Source of the DNA: a virus
Lineage: Duplodnaviria > Caudoviricetes
Reading direction: 5' to 3' (one strand)
DNA: 64,000 nt
IMG/VR virus record: IMGVR_UViG_3300014826_000002
Span: 25,182-89,181 of that record
A program made the translations under genes and the position numbers. Under the pieces are notes generated by a model. It made no database searches. It saw nothing but the letters and a program-made list of their open reading frames with translations, and was not told where the DNA came from. Shown here piece by piece: positions 1 through 10,684 of this stretch. Within the stretch, counting starts at the first letter, position 1. The number at the start of each line of letters is the position of its first letter.

Positions 1-657
1 GAATAACACAAGGCGTAAGATGTCACCAGCAGTCCCTTGTATTATGTGGCTGGAAACGCGTCTTTCAACAGCTGCTCTGACTCTCTCGGAAGCTCTTATA
101 GCATTATCTCTCTCCAACCAATTATCGTAATTATTGCTATTCTTATCTATGACATCTATCCAACCTCTAAAATTACGAGGTCTTCCAAAGGCGTTGAAAA
201 CAACACCGTTGTTCTGGTACATTTTGTCGATTTCTTTTAATTTCCAATTATACATTTCATAAAAGGTCTCGTTATACTTTTGTATCATTTCTTCAGCTTC
301 AGCTAAAGGAATATCCAGTTGTTGAGATAAAGTATGGGCCCCTCCAGAGTAGTTATTAAGGAAGTTAAATATCTTAGCTTTCTTTCTTTTTTGCTTATTG
401 TAATTTTCTTCTCCCCATATAGCATAGGCTGAAGCTGTGTGTGGGTCTATGCCATTGTAGAAGTTTTGAAGCATTTGGTGGTCTCTTGACAAAATAGCCA
501 TAAGTTTATATTCTTGAGCGTCGTAATCCAATGATACCACGTATCTTGCCCCTATGGTTTTACCAGAATAAATAGGTATTCCATTGACCTGATGTACTCC
601 TTCTTTTAGTCTTTTTATTTTCTTTTTACCTATATACTTAATACTTTTAATTTTCAT
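1..657 (-). CDS. Family A DNA polymerase, C-terminal subunit (runs off the window edge), with an N-terminal split-intein-C-like leader
   Basis: Not in the ORF track. Manual translation from ATG at 657 is open to position 1: MKIKSIKYIGKKKIKRLKEGVHQVNGIPIYSGKTIGARYVVSLDYDAQEYKLM (motif A)...RKKAKIFNFLNNYSGG (motif B)...SHIIQGTAGDILR. The ATG overlaps the upstream TGA (ATGA). Confidence 0.93.
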   Translation of the reverse strand, partial: MKIKSIKYIGKKKIKRLKEGVHQVNGIPIYSGKTIGARYVVSLDYDAQEYKLMAILSRDHQMLQNFYNGIDPHTASAYAIWGEENYNKQKRKKAKIFNFLNNYSGGAHTLSQQLDIPLAEAEEMIQKYNETFYEMYNWKLKEIDKMYQNNGVVFNAFGRPRNFRGWIDVIDKNSNNYDNWLERDNAIRASERVRAAVERRVSSHIIQGTAGDILRLVLF

Positions 658-2417
658 ATTACCTCTCTTTCAAATCTCCAGTTCCCGCTATTGTACATCC
701 TTAGTATCCCTTTACTCTTTAAAAAAGAGTTTACGTCTTCACCATTGTACTCAGGAAATATTCTTTTTAATTTATGCTTTTGATATTTTTCACGACTTTC
801 AGTCTTACCTGTATTCTGATTATAGTATGACATGATAAGTCCTGTATCTTTGATAAATTTAAAACCATTTTTATAATAGACACTATCCTTATAGTTGGCA
901 GTCCAATCCCTGTTACAATAGGTTATTATTTTTTTAATTTCTGGATATTGGGATTTTATACAAGAAATTGCAAATTTTAGCAACTTTGAAAAGCCACCTA
1001 CAACTGAAATTCCCAATTCAGACGAGTATCTTGCTATCTCTATTCCGTCCTTATGCTTTCGAAAAGATAAACAGGATACTATTTTACCTTCGTAGAATAA
1101 CCCTACTGCAAACGAGCAATGGACATCACCGCTTATATGTGTCCTATTAAAAAATTCTTTTCGTTCTTTCAAGTTTACTAATTTTGTGGTCGTCTTGCGA
1201 GCGTATAGTCTCTCAGACTTTCCAAGGAGCTGATTCACCCTTGACTTTATAATATCTTGATTTTGACCTTCCCAAAAATGGTACAAGCGCACCCCTTTAG
1301 CTAAACACTTTTCAGTTTTCTCTTGATGATACTTTTTGGGTACAACTGTTTCGTTATGCCAATATCGTCCATTATATTCAATAGCTATTTTCTTTGAAGG
1401 TATGTAGAAGTCAAGTTCTTGGGGAGCTATCAGAGTTCTGTCCCCTTGTATAGCGTCTGTCTCACTGAGTAAAGTACTGATGAAATTTTCTGCTCTTGAT
1501 TTAGGATAACAATGGGTGCATCTTATATTTAAAGGATCATGTAAAGTCCTTTGGAAAGTTCGACCGCACTTCTTATGCTTAAACGTATACTTTAGGTATT
1601 TTCCATTTCTTGTATACCCTTTAAATTCGTCTACTACTAAGTATTCTTCTAAATTTGTTAATAGTTCTTTAAAAGAGGACTCACCATTTTTATTTTTAAT
1701 AAAATTCCTTTCCTCCTCAGGAGAGCGTCTACTATAATCAAGTCTCTTAAAAATTCCGTAAATTCTTTTTCTTCCTATTCCAAAAAAGTCTTCTACTTCT
1801 TTTATACTGTGTGTTTCATAATAAGAAAATAAGTCACTCCAATCACTGTTATATAAGTAGCGGATTCCAAAGTTAGTCTTATATTTTATGTTTGCTTCTA
1901 ACTTTGGAAGAGATAATCCTATCTTTTTAAAATTTCTAATAGCTGTCTCTGGGGTTGTCCCATGAGCACGACATGCCTTGTAAAGAGACCGTTCTTTTAA
2001 GTATGTGTCATAAACTTCTTTCCAGCCTTTAACGTCTTTTATAGGGCACTTCTTTTCTCTTTGCATTTCATTTATTTCTTCTTGACTTCTTAATTTGATA
2101 TTATTTTCAATAAAATATCGTTTAATAATTAACGGCGACGTGTGAAATTTTATTGCAAGGTCACTCAGAGTCATGCCATTCCCGTAAGAACTTATAATGT
2201 TACTTATTTGCTCTTTTGTAAATTTTTTTCTGGCAAAAGGTCGTGATACTTTTCTTTTTTCATTTTTTATAGCATAGTACCTTTCAGTTTCATGAGGAAA
2301 TGAAGCCACTAAAAGAGTAAATAACTTGGTACCTACGTGCTCTTTTTTCAAAGCGTCTTTTAAAGACATGCTTTTAAAATTTTCTATTATCTGTTGGTAA
2401 AGTTCCAATTTATCCAT
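654..2417 (-). mobile_element. Free-standing Hef-like (PD-(D/E)XK/Vsr-type) homing endonuclease with N-terminal HTH-like repeats
   Basis: ELDFYIPSKKIAIEYNGRYWH...KYHQEKTEKCLAKGVRLYHFWE, followed by the ARK...FFNRTHISG...VGGFSKL C-terminal region typical of Hef-like phage endonucleases. Sits between the two polymerase halves. Confidence 0.8.
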
Positions 2418-4381
2418 CAGTTCTCCAATATCTCTATATTGTTTAATTTAATAATCTGTTCTAACGTACAAAATGAAACAATACCTGTTTCCTCTTTAAC
2501 TTTAAACACAGTATTCTTAGTACATTGAAGTTTTCTATCATCTTCTAGTTCAAGCTCATAAATATCATGCTCAAAGTTGCCGTTCTCATTGGGAATACCT
2601 GCAAATTCTTTTTCACCTTCAGGAGCTTTCAAGCACCCTCTAATAGTAGGATTGGGGTCTTGTCCTTCTACAATATACTCATCCTCTAAATGACTCAAAG
2701 CATAGTCGTCACTTAATGGAGTAAACTTCCATCCTAAAATACCTTCAGGATCTTCAGACAGGCACTTCTCTGCTCTATAATACCCACTCTTAGGTTTTGT
2801 TAAATTTTGTGCATTTAAGTCAATATAATAGTGATTCTTACTTTTATTCGATTTTGACCCATTTCCAGACGATAATCGTCCCGATTTAGTACCTTTTAAC
2901 CTATAATGCATTATACACTCGTCAACTTGAGTCAACTTATCAATGTAAGAATTTAAAGCCTTATTCAAAGAATTATTCTTTTGGATAAGCTCAAGAATGT
3001 GTACTTTCTGCATTTCGTCCAAATAAACTTGTTTTACAGTTAGCCAGAAAAGCTTTTTATCCATAGGTTCGTTATTTTTACCTTTGAAAGTTACTGTGTT
3101 CTTAGTTACTTTCATATTAAAATGGTCCTTTCCATAAAGCTCTAGTAGTACTGCTAAACTGTAGCCGTCACCTGTCTTATAGAGTGTCTGGTTCTGAAAA
3201 TTTATGTTTTTATAATTTATAATGCACTCTTTTAATTTAGTTATATTGCGTTTCATATCTCCTAAAGCTTTCTTACTCCAAGAAGGTTCACCTTTACCAG
3301 TAGTGACACCTGTAAATACTTTTTTAGACGCCATTGCATCTGCAAATTCTTTAGATCTAGCTAGGTTAAATATACCTATCCCAAAGAAATCATATATTTC
3401 CGAAATTACTTTTCTTTGTTCTTCTTCTAAATTTTTCTTATATTGAATAGCTTTCTTTCTATCAATAAGAATTTTACAATGCCCGTAGTAATCCACGAAC
3501 ATCTTAACCATCTGGTTATCTTTAATAAGGACATTATATTCTTCGCCGTCAAACGAAAGAGGCTTCTTAAATTGTTTCAATAAATTCTGCACCATGGGGT
3601 ACATTTCTTCATAAACCCCTATCAACCCAGTTACGTCATAGCATGCATAAGCATAGCCTTTTTCTGGATTTACTTCTGCGAAGTTTTCACATTTCTTTCC
3701 TAAAACTTCTGAAAATTCTGGAACGGTTCGTCCAAGAACTCGTTGCTCCAGTGTTTTCAAACCGGCCATACCAGAAGCTTCTGGATCATAGAGGTAAGGT
3801 AATATTAAATTATCAAAAGCTTTAATTTTTCTAACATCATAGCCTTCAAATTTAAGCATGTTTAAGTCGAACTCTGAATTATGCATGAGAACTCTTTTAG
3901 CTCCTGTTAATATCTCATATAGAACGTCCAGAGCTTCTTTAGGGTCTAGATTATGCTCGTAGTCAGTATAACTAACTGTTACTTTTTTAGTACGAGAAAC
4001 TCTTCCAGCCTTAGTTAAAACTTGATTTCCATTTTCGTCTAATCTATCCACCATTTCCGAGACTTCATGTCTGACTTTATGCCTAATCGGAACGTAGAAA
4101 CCAAACCATCTATCTAAGGCTATGGAAAACCCTACTATCTTATCTTGTCCATAGGTTAAACCCGTGGTTTCGGTATCGAACGCAATTCTTTTATCTTTAC
4201 ACTTGTTAATATATGTCTTAAGCTCATCAATACTTGTTATCAATTTAGCATTATCTGAATGAATTTTTAGTACTTTTTCACCTTGCTCATTTTCTTCCCA
4301 ATAATGAAACTTCATATCTAACGGAGCTTGAGGAATTATTGACTCGTACTTAAAAAGTAAACCTTCACCTAATTTAGCCAT
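2417..4381 (-). CDS. Family A DNA polymerase, N-terminal subunit (3'-5' exonuclease plus start of palm), ending in a degenerate intein-N-like segment
   Basis: Exo I AFDTETTGL, Exo II HNSEFDL, Exo III YACYDV; TKSGRLSS and NAQNL; IRGCLKAPEG, then IYELELEDDRKLQCTKNTVF resembling intein block B. Confidence 0.92.
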   Translation of the reverse strand: MAKLGEGLLFKYESIIPQAPLDMKFHYWEENEQGEKVLKIHSDNAKLITSIDELKTYINKCKDKRIAFDTETTGLTYGQDKIVGFSIALDRWFGFYVPIRHKVRHEVSEMVDRLDENGNQVLTKAGRVSRTKKVTVSYTDYEHNLDPKEALDVLYEILTGAKRVLMHNSEFDLNMLKFEGYDVRKIKAFDNLILPYLYDPEASGMAGLKTLEQRVLGRTVPEFSEVLGKKCENFAEVNPEKGYAYACYDVTGLIGVYEEMYPMVQNLLKQFKKPLSFDGEEYNVLIKDNQMVKMFVDYYGHCKILIDRKKAIQYKKNLEEEQRKVISEIYDFFGIGIFNLARSKEFADAMASKKVFTGVTTGKGEPSWSKKALGDMKRNITKLKECIINYKNINFQNQTLYKTGDGYSLAVLLELYGKDHFNMKVTKNTVTFKGKNNEPMDKKLFWLTVKQVYLDEMQKVHILELIQKNNSLNKALNSYIDKLTQVDECIMHYRLKGTKSGRLSSGNGSKSNKSKNHYYIDLNAQNLTKPKSGYYRAEKCLSEDPEGILGWKFTPLSDDYALSHLEDEYIVEGQDPNPTIRGCLKAPEGEKEFAGIPNENGNFEHDIYELELEDDRKLQCTKNTVFKVKEETGIVSFCTLEQIIKLNNIEILEN

Positions 4382-4397
4382 TTCTCTCCCTTTCTTT

Positions 4398-4859
4398 TTA
4401 GGCTGTATACAATCTTTCTATAAATGTTACTAAGTCGCCCGATTCTATGTATAGGTTATCAATATAATTTTTTCTTTCTTCTAAAGCTGTGGTGGTGAAT
4501 TCATTTATACGCTTTTGAGAAAGCTCTAATTGCATCCCTAGTAAACTTTGAGGCATTCGCGCTTTTAGAAAATACAAGGGTGACACGTAGTTTCCGTATT
4601 TATTACAAAGTATTAAATCTACGTAATCATAAGCTGTAAAATTTCTGTGACACTCACCAAAGCAGTGAATTATCCATATGTTCCGTTCGTCATCCCAGTA
4701 CATCTTTGCTGCTGGAGTATCATGATTATCGTGAAAAGGACAATAGATATTTCCTGTGCTACTATCCACTCCTTCAAAGCGCTTTGATAAATCAGCGAAA
4801 GTAAAATTATTGTTAATTACTTCTCTAATTACTTCTCTACTATAACTCTCTTTTGCCAT
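4398..4859 (-). CDS. Stand-alone primase-type CHC2 zinc-finger protein
   Basis: CPFHDNHDTPA...IHCFGEC is a CHC2 zinc finger; 153 aa, no TOPRIM domain. Confidence 0.8.
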   Translation of the reverse strand: MAKESYSREVIREVINNNFTFADLSKRFEGVDSSTGNIYCPFHDNHDTPAAKMYWDDERNIWIIHCFGECHRNFTAYDYVDLILCNKYGNYVSPLYFLKARMPQSLLGMQLELSQKRINEFTTTALEERKNYIDNLYIESGDLVTFIERLYTA

Positions 4860-4880
4860 GATTAATCACTTTCTGCGAGA

Positions 4881-4910
4881 TGGTATACAGGGGAGCTCCC
4901 CTGTATACCA
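4881..4910. repeat. 30-bp perfect palindrome (no loop)
   Basis: tggtatacaggggag|ctcccctgtatacca is an exact inverted repeat in the groEL to zinc-finger intergenic gap. Confidence 0.95.
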
Positions 4911-4921
4911 AATGAACTTCT

Positions 4922-6535
<1,614 letters not shown>

Positions 6536-6733
6536 TTATTCGTCTCCTTCATGTTCTAATACTACGTCAAAATGTATAATAAATAATATTATGTAGCCGA
6601 CTATGTACATGCACACGTTCTCTTTCCAAGTGGGTAGAGTAGAATTGCATAAGTACATTGCTGCATTAAATAAGGTCAATAAAATTCCATGAATTATCCC
6701 TATTGCTAAAGCATAACAGTATAAAAAACGCAT
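6536..6733 (-). CDS. Small membrane protein between groES and groEL
   Basis: 65 aa with two hydrophobic stretches, tightly packed between its neighbours. Confidence 0.6.
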   Translation of the reverse strand: MRFLYCYALAIGIIHGILLTLFNAAMYLCNSTLPTWKENVCMYIVGYIILFIIHFDVVLEHEGDE

Positions 6734-6734
6734 A

Positions 6735-7004
6735 CTACTCCTTTACAATTTTGCATAATATATCTTTTGTTCCTATTATTCTATAGTCTTCATCACCGTC
6801 AGTATACGATACTCCCGCACCTTGATTAAATATTACAGTGTCACCAATTGTAAAGAAGTCATCAACAGAACTACCTAAAGCTTCTACTACGCCTTTGTTT
6901 GAGTTCACCTTAGTATCTGTAGTCATTATTAATCCACTCTTTGTAGTTTCTTCCTGTTGAATTAGACGTATTGCTACACGTTCTCCGAATGGTTCTATTT
7001 TCAT
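6735..7004 (-). CDS. groES: Co-chaperonin GroES
   Basis: MKIEPFGERV...TKSGLIM...GVVEALG...GDTVIF; 89 aa. Confidence 0.95.
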   Translation of the reverse strand: MKIEPFGERVAIRLIQQEETTKSGLIMTTDTKVNSNKGVVEALGSSVDDFFTIGDTVIFNQGAGVSYTDGDEDYRIIGTKDILCKIVKE

Positions 7005-7069
7005 GTTCTCTCTCCTTTATACATATATAATATCATCACTAATAATTTTTGTCAAATTAATCTTATTTT

Positions 7070-7639
7070 CTATTTTAAAAAATATTCTAAGTTAATTCTT
7101 GGAATCTCCAAAAAACTGTTAGCATTACATGTTACTATAGATGCTCTCTTAGAACATACATCTTCTATAAATCTTTTTGAAAATCTTTTGAGTTTTTCAG
7201 AGTACCTAAATTCTTCATTTGTTGCATAGTGTTTTCCGTTAATAAAGTCTGCCGCACCTACTAGGACAATTGTTTTATAACCTTTATTTATACAGTACGA
7301 GATAGCATAATCATGCGTAAATCCTGTCCATGCTAATTTTCCATCCTTTATAATATCAGTATCTTTATTCCAAAAAGAAAACGAATAAGAATCTATTAAT
7401 TCCTTATTTTCTTTTTGTATCATATCCCCGTAAGCTTTGAGTGATACTGTTTTCACTTCTGGATATCTATTGGTTAAATTTATAAATTTCATATCTTGAA
7501 ATATATGTATTCCAACTTTATATTTTAGAATAGCATTATTTATTCCAATAGACGGAAATCGTTCTACTATGTATTGAATTGTCCCTTCGAGACTCTCCAA
7601 AAAAGGAGAGTCTCCTATTATAAAAATCGTGTCCTTCAT
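7070..7639 (-). CDS. MptE/Maf (DUF115)-like or GT29-like Rossmann-fold protein
   Basis: IIGDSPFL...IGINNA...AISYCINKGYKTIVLVGAADF follows the IIGxGPSL / IGVN / GxKxIxLxGxD pattern. Confidence 0.55.
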   Translation of the reverse strand: MKDTIFIIGDSPFLESLEGTIQYIVERFPSIGINNAILKYKVGIHIFQDMKFINLTNRYPEVKTVSLKAYGDMIQKENKELIDSYSFSFWNKDTDIIKDGKLAWTGFTHDYAISYCINKGYKTIVLVGAADFINGKHYATNEEFRYSEKLKRFSKRFIEDVCSKRASIVTCNANSFLEIPRINLEYFLK

Positions 7640-7644
7640 ATAAA

Positions 7645-8256
7645 TTATATTAAAGCTCTCACATCTTCTTGTTCTATAAATTTTACATTTTTATTATTTT
7701 TTACAAAGTGCTCTTCAATGTACTTCCTAATTTCGTCGCGCCACTGAATGTTCCCATTATAAAAGGTAGTCCTAATCTCTAAGGGTAATTCCCTGCTTAT
7801 AATATCATTAATAGAATATTCAACATTTGGAATATATTCCTGAGCGCATACGCCAAACTCACTTTGTATATTATGCAATCCCTTGAAGTCTATACTCCAA
7901 GCATCGCATAATCCTTCATTATTTATCTCTTCAATAGTTTTACTGTCATATCCATTAGAAAATATTTTTGTTTTTAAGCCTAAAGAATGACAATATTTTA
8001 AAGCTTCTTTTAGTTCGGAACCCCATATTGTAGGCTCTCCTCCCAAGAATACTACACAATCATGTATAGGAGTTATATTTTCTTTGATAATTTCCATTGC
8101 TCCTCCTATAATATTGCTTGTGTCTGTTATTTTCTCATAGTTATAACCCTCGCACATTTTGCAATGAAGATTACAACCAAAAGAAAACAGAGTGAGCCCC
8201 CAATTAAAGGGGGAACACTCCGATGTACTGTCTTTTATATAATTAACAATTTGCAT
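7645..8256 (-). CDS. nrdG: Radical SAM activase for anaerobic ribonucleotide reductase
   Basis: GCNLHCKMC (CxxxCxxC), GGEPT; directly downstream of nrdD. Confidence 0.88.
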   Translation of the reverse strand: MQIVNYIKDSTSECSPFNWGLTLFSFGCNLHCKMCEGYNYEKITDTSNIIGGAMEIIKENITPIHDCVVFLGGEPTIWGSELKEALKYCHSLGLKTKIFSNGYDSKTIEEINNEGLCDAWSIDFKGLHNIQSEFGVCAQEYIPNVEYSINDIISRELPLEIRTTFYNGNIQWRDEIRKYIEEHFVKNNKNVKFIEQEDVRALI

Positions 8257-10249
8257 ATTCCTTTTCTCCGTTATTTACAGATGCCGCTTTTTCAACTTCA
8301 TCTGACTCATAGAACACACGTCTATCGAATTCATAATCTCTTCGGACTGGATTAAATGCCGACTTAGGAGTAATAAATCCTACAACGCGGCACCATGTTT
8401 CAACGATTGGTTCACCACATATAGGGCACTTACTATTCTTTCCTATCGTATAGTGTTTCTTTGCACATTCGCTGTAAGCATAGTTTATTCCAAAATACTT
8501 AACTTTGCAATCTTTAGCTAAGTCTATGATTTTTTCATACTGCTCAGGGGTCAATGGTTTCTCTCCATCAACATTACAGTGTAATATATTTCCACCTGAA
8601 GTTAATTGGTCAAGCTGCCCCTGAACTTTAAATCTTTCATAAACGGGGCATTCTTCCATAAGGTCAATGTACTGATTTGAATATATTTTATACTTGTTAT
8701 TATAGCCTAAAACACGATCTGATTGTGCCAAACGGACAGCTACTGACTCTGCTGGAATTGCTTCTAAGTTATAAATACAAGATTCGTCAGCTTCCGCCGC
8801 TTGCCATTCCTCTATTTTCGTTTCAATTGTTTTTAAAACTTGGTACAAGCAATCAATACCTTCTTGCGTTTTAATATCTAATCCTTTATTAGCTACGTAT
8901 TGATTACAAGCAGTAATACCAATTGTAGAATACTGTCTATTAATGGAAATCCATTCAGACGTGTAAAGGGGCATAACTCCCCTGGATATTTTCTCCTTAA
9001 GGAGTTTTCTATGTGCATACAAGATTTTATGAAGCATTTCTATATCTTCTTCAAGTAACGAGGGGTTATCTTTTTCCAATAAAGAAATTCTAGCTAAGTT
9101 TAAACCAGCAACACGGTGAGAGCCTAAACTTAAACCACCTACACCAAATGAATTTTGAAATCCGAGGCCACCTGCTTTCTTAATATTATTCGATAAGCGA
9201 CAGCAAGAACTATAAATGTCAGGTTCTCCGATAAATACATTAGAGAATGACTTTTGACAGTTATACTTACTTATCCATTTTTTAAAATCAGGGTCAATAT
9301 AATTTCCTTCAGGGTCTAAGGACAGTGAAAGCGTCATTACAGGGAATGTAAACATGCCTTCTTTACCATTAATTTCATTGAAGTACTCAAAGAACAACTT
9401 AGATAATTCTTGTGAAGAATCCAAGTCAGCTAAGGTACCATCAGGAAGCCAATAGTCTCCAAATAAAGATTTCATATATCCTTTATCCATGACTGACAAA
9501 TTAGTAAAAGCTGATTGACAACTTCTAAATGGGAAATTGAAAGAGTAAATGAGGTTTTGGAATTGGTCTAATATTTTCTTTTTAGCTACATCATCTTCGC
9601 CATTTCTTACTCTTTTCATATAGTCTTGACCATGCTCGTTTCGTAAAAACCAGTCCCAAGCAACAAAGCAGTCTGGGTATGAACAAGCTCCCATAATCTG
9701 ATTTGAAATAAAGGCTGTTGATTGAATTAACAACGCAACAAAGCTATCGCTTCTTTTAGGAGCATGTATTTTCATGCCGCCATTAAAGAAGCTCATCCCT
9801 TCCATTAACAACATTCTTAGGTCAAAAGCATAACAGTAAGAAGTGCTAAAGTTACTGAAATCGTTTATAAACAATTCACCATTCAAAACTTTCTCTACGG
9901 CTATCTTGGCATATTTAACTCCCCACACTTTCTTGACCCATTTGAATAATTGGTAGAAAGAATTTAACCTTTGCAAACCTTTTGGATATTCTTGTATATA
10001 TTGGGCTATAGACTTTTCTTTGACATTAGCATTAGCATCTACCGAAACAGACGCTACAGAGGCAGACTTTCTAAAAAAGTTTTTACTGAATTTACTAATA
10101 TCGAAATTGTCATTATGAACTCCCTGTATTTTAAATAATTCCTCAGGGTATTTTTCTTGTAATCCTTCCCAAAAATTAACAAATTCGTTAGTGTAATCTA
10201 GATGAACATTAAATCCTTTCCTTTTTTGTGTACTTTGTTCGTTTTCCAT
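8243..10249 (-). CDS. nrdD: Class III anaerobic ribonucleoside-triphosphate reductase
   Basis: YCYAFD, SCCRL, EAIPAE, TSGG, C-terminal CPICG and RVVGFI glycyl-radical loop. Confidence 0.95.
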   Translation of the reverse strand: MENEQSTQKRKGFNVHLDYTNEFVNFWEGLQEKYPEELFKIQGVHNDNFDISKFSKNFFRKSASVASVSVDANANVKEKSIAQYIQEYPKGLQRLNSFYQLFKWVKKVWGVKYAKIAVEKVLNGELFINDFSNFSTSYCYAFDLRMLLMEGMSFFNGGMKIHAPKRSDSFVALLIQSTAFISNQIMGACSYPDCFVAWDWFLRNEHGQDYMKRVRNGEDDVAKKKILDQFQNLIYSFNFPFRSCQSAFTNLSVMDKGYMKSLFGDYWLPDGTLADLDSSQELSKLFFEYFNEINGKEGMFTFPVMTLSLSLDPEGNYIDPDFKKWISKYNCQKSFSNVFIGEPDIYSSCCRLSNNIKKAGGLGFQNSFGVGGLSLGSHRVAGLNLARISLLEKDNPSLLEEDIEMLHKILYAHRKLLKEKISRGVMPLYTSEWISINRQYSTIGITACNQYVANKGLDIKTQEGIDCLYQVLKTIETKIEEWQAAEADESCIYNLEAIPAESVAVRLAQSDRVLGYNNKYKIYSNQYIDLMEECPVYERFKVQGQLDQLTSGGNILHCNVDGEKPLTPEQYEKIIDLAKDCKVKYFGINYAYSECAKKHYTIGKNSKCPICGEPIVETWCRVVGFITPKSAFNPVRRDYEFDRRVFYESDEVEKAASVNNGEKEYANC

Positions 10250-10426
10250 TGTCTTGTCTTCTTTCTTTTATTATACTGTATACTCATTTTTAGCGTAAAA
10301 TACTCTATAAAGGCTTTTTAGTAGCCTTTTTAAAAGGTTCTATAAAGTTCTTTATTCCTTATATAAAAACAATTATTTTTGCAATTTACAAATTATAATT
10401 TAAACATTTAATTCCTTAATATAGTG

Positions 10427-10684
10427 TTACATGATGTCATATTTCTTAAAAATCTTAATCAATGTGTCTTTTAACTTTGACGCTTCAGCACGATTTACTT
10501 CCTTCCTTATTTCTTCCATAGGGTACTCTGGTATAATGTCAAGGACTTGATATTCACCAGAGCAGTAAATATAACGCTTATCTCCTATGAGAATTATATC
10601 TCCTGTATTCCCGCTATCAGGAAGTTCCTCTGATTTACCTAAAAAATTATACGAAGGAAATATCATATTCGTAATATCAGTCAT
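10427..10684 (-). CDS. Hypothetical protein
   Basis: 85-aa ORF translationally coupled to the helicase gene. Confidence 0.6.
   Translation of the reverse strand: MTDITNMIFPSYNFLGKSEELPDSGNTGDIILIGDKRYIYCSGEYQVLDIIPEYPMEEIRKEVNRAEASKLKDTLIKIFKKYDIM

Noticed and set aside
654-2417. Group I intron carrying the endonuclease within the polymerase gene
   Set aside because: The endonuclease ORF overlaps both polymerase halves (TGATG and ATGA), leaving no room for ribozyme core elements, and the C-half has its own intein-C-like start.
2417-2630. Active intein starting at the Cys of CLKAPEG
   Set aside because: CLKAPEG fits native polymerase sequence with the correct spacing to motif A, and the block B His and terminal Asn are missing.
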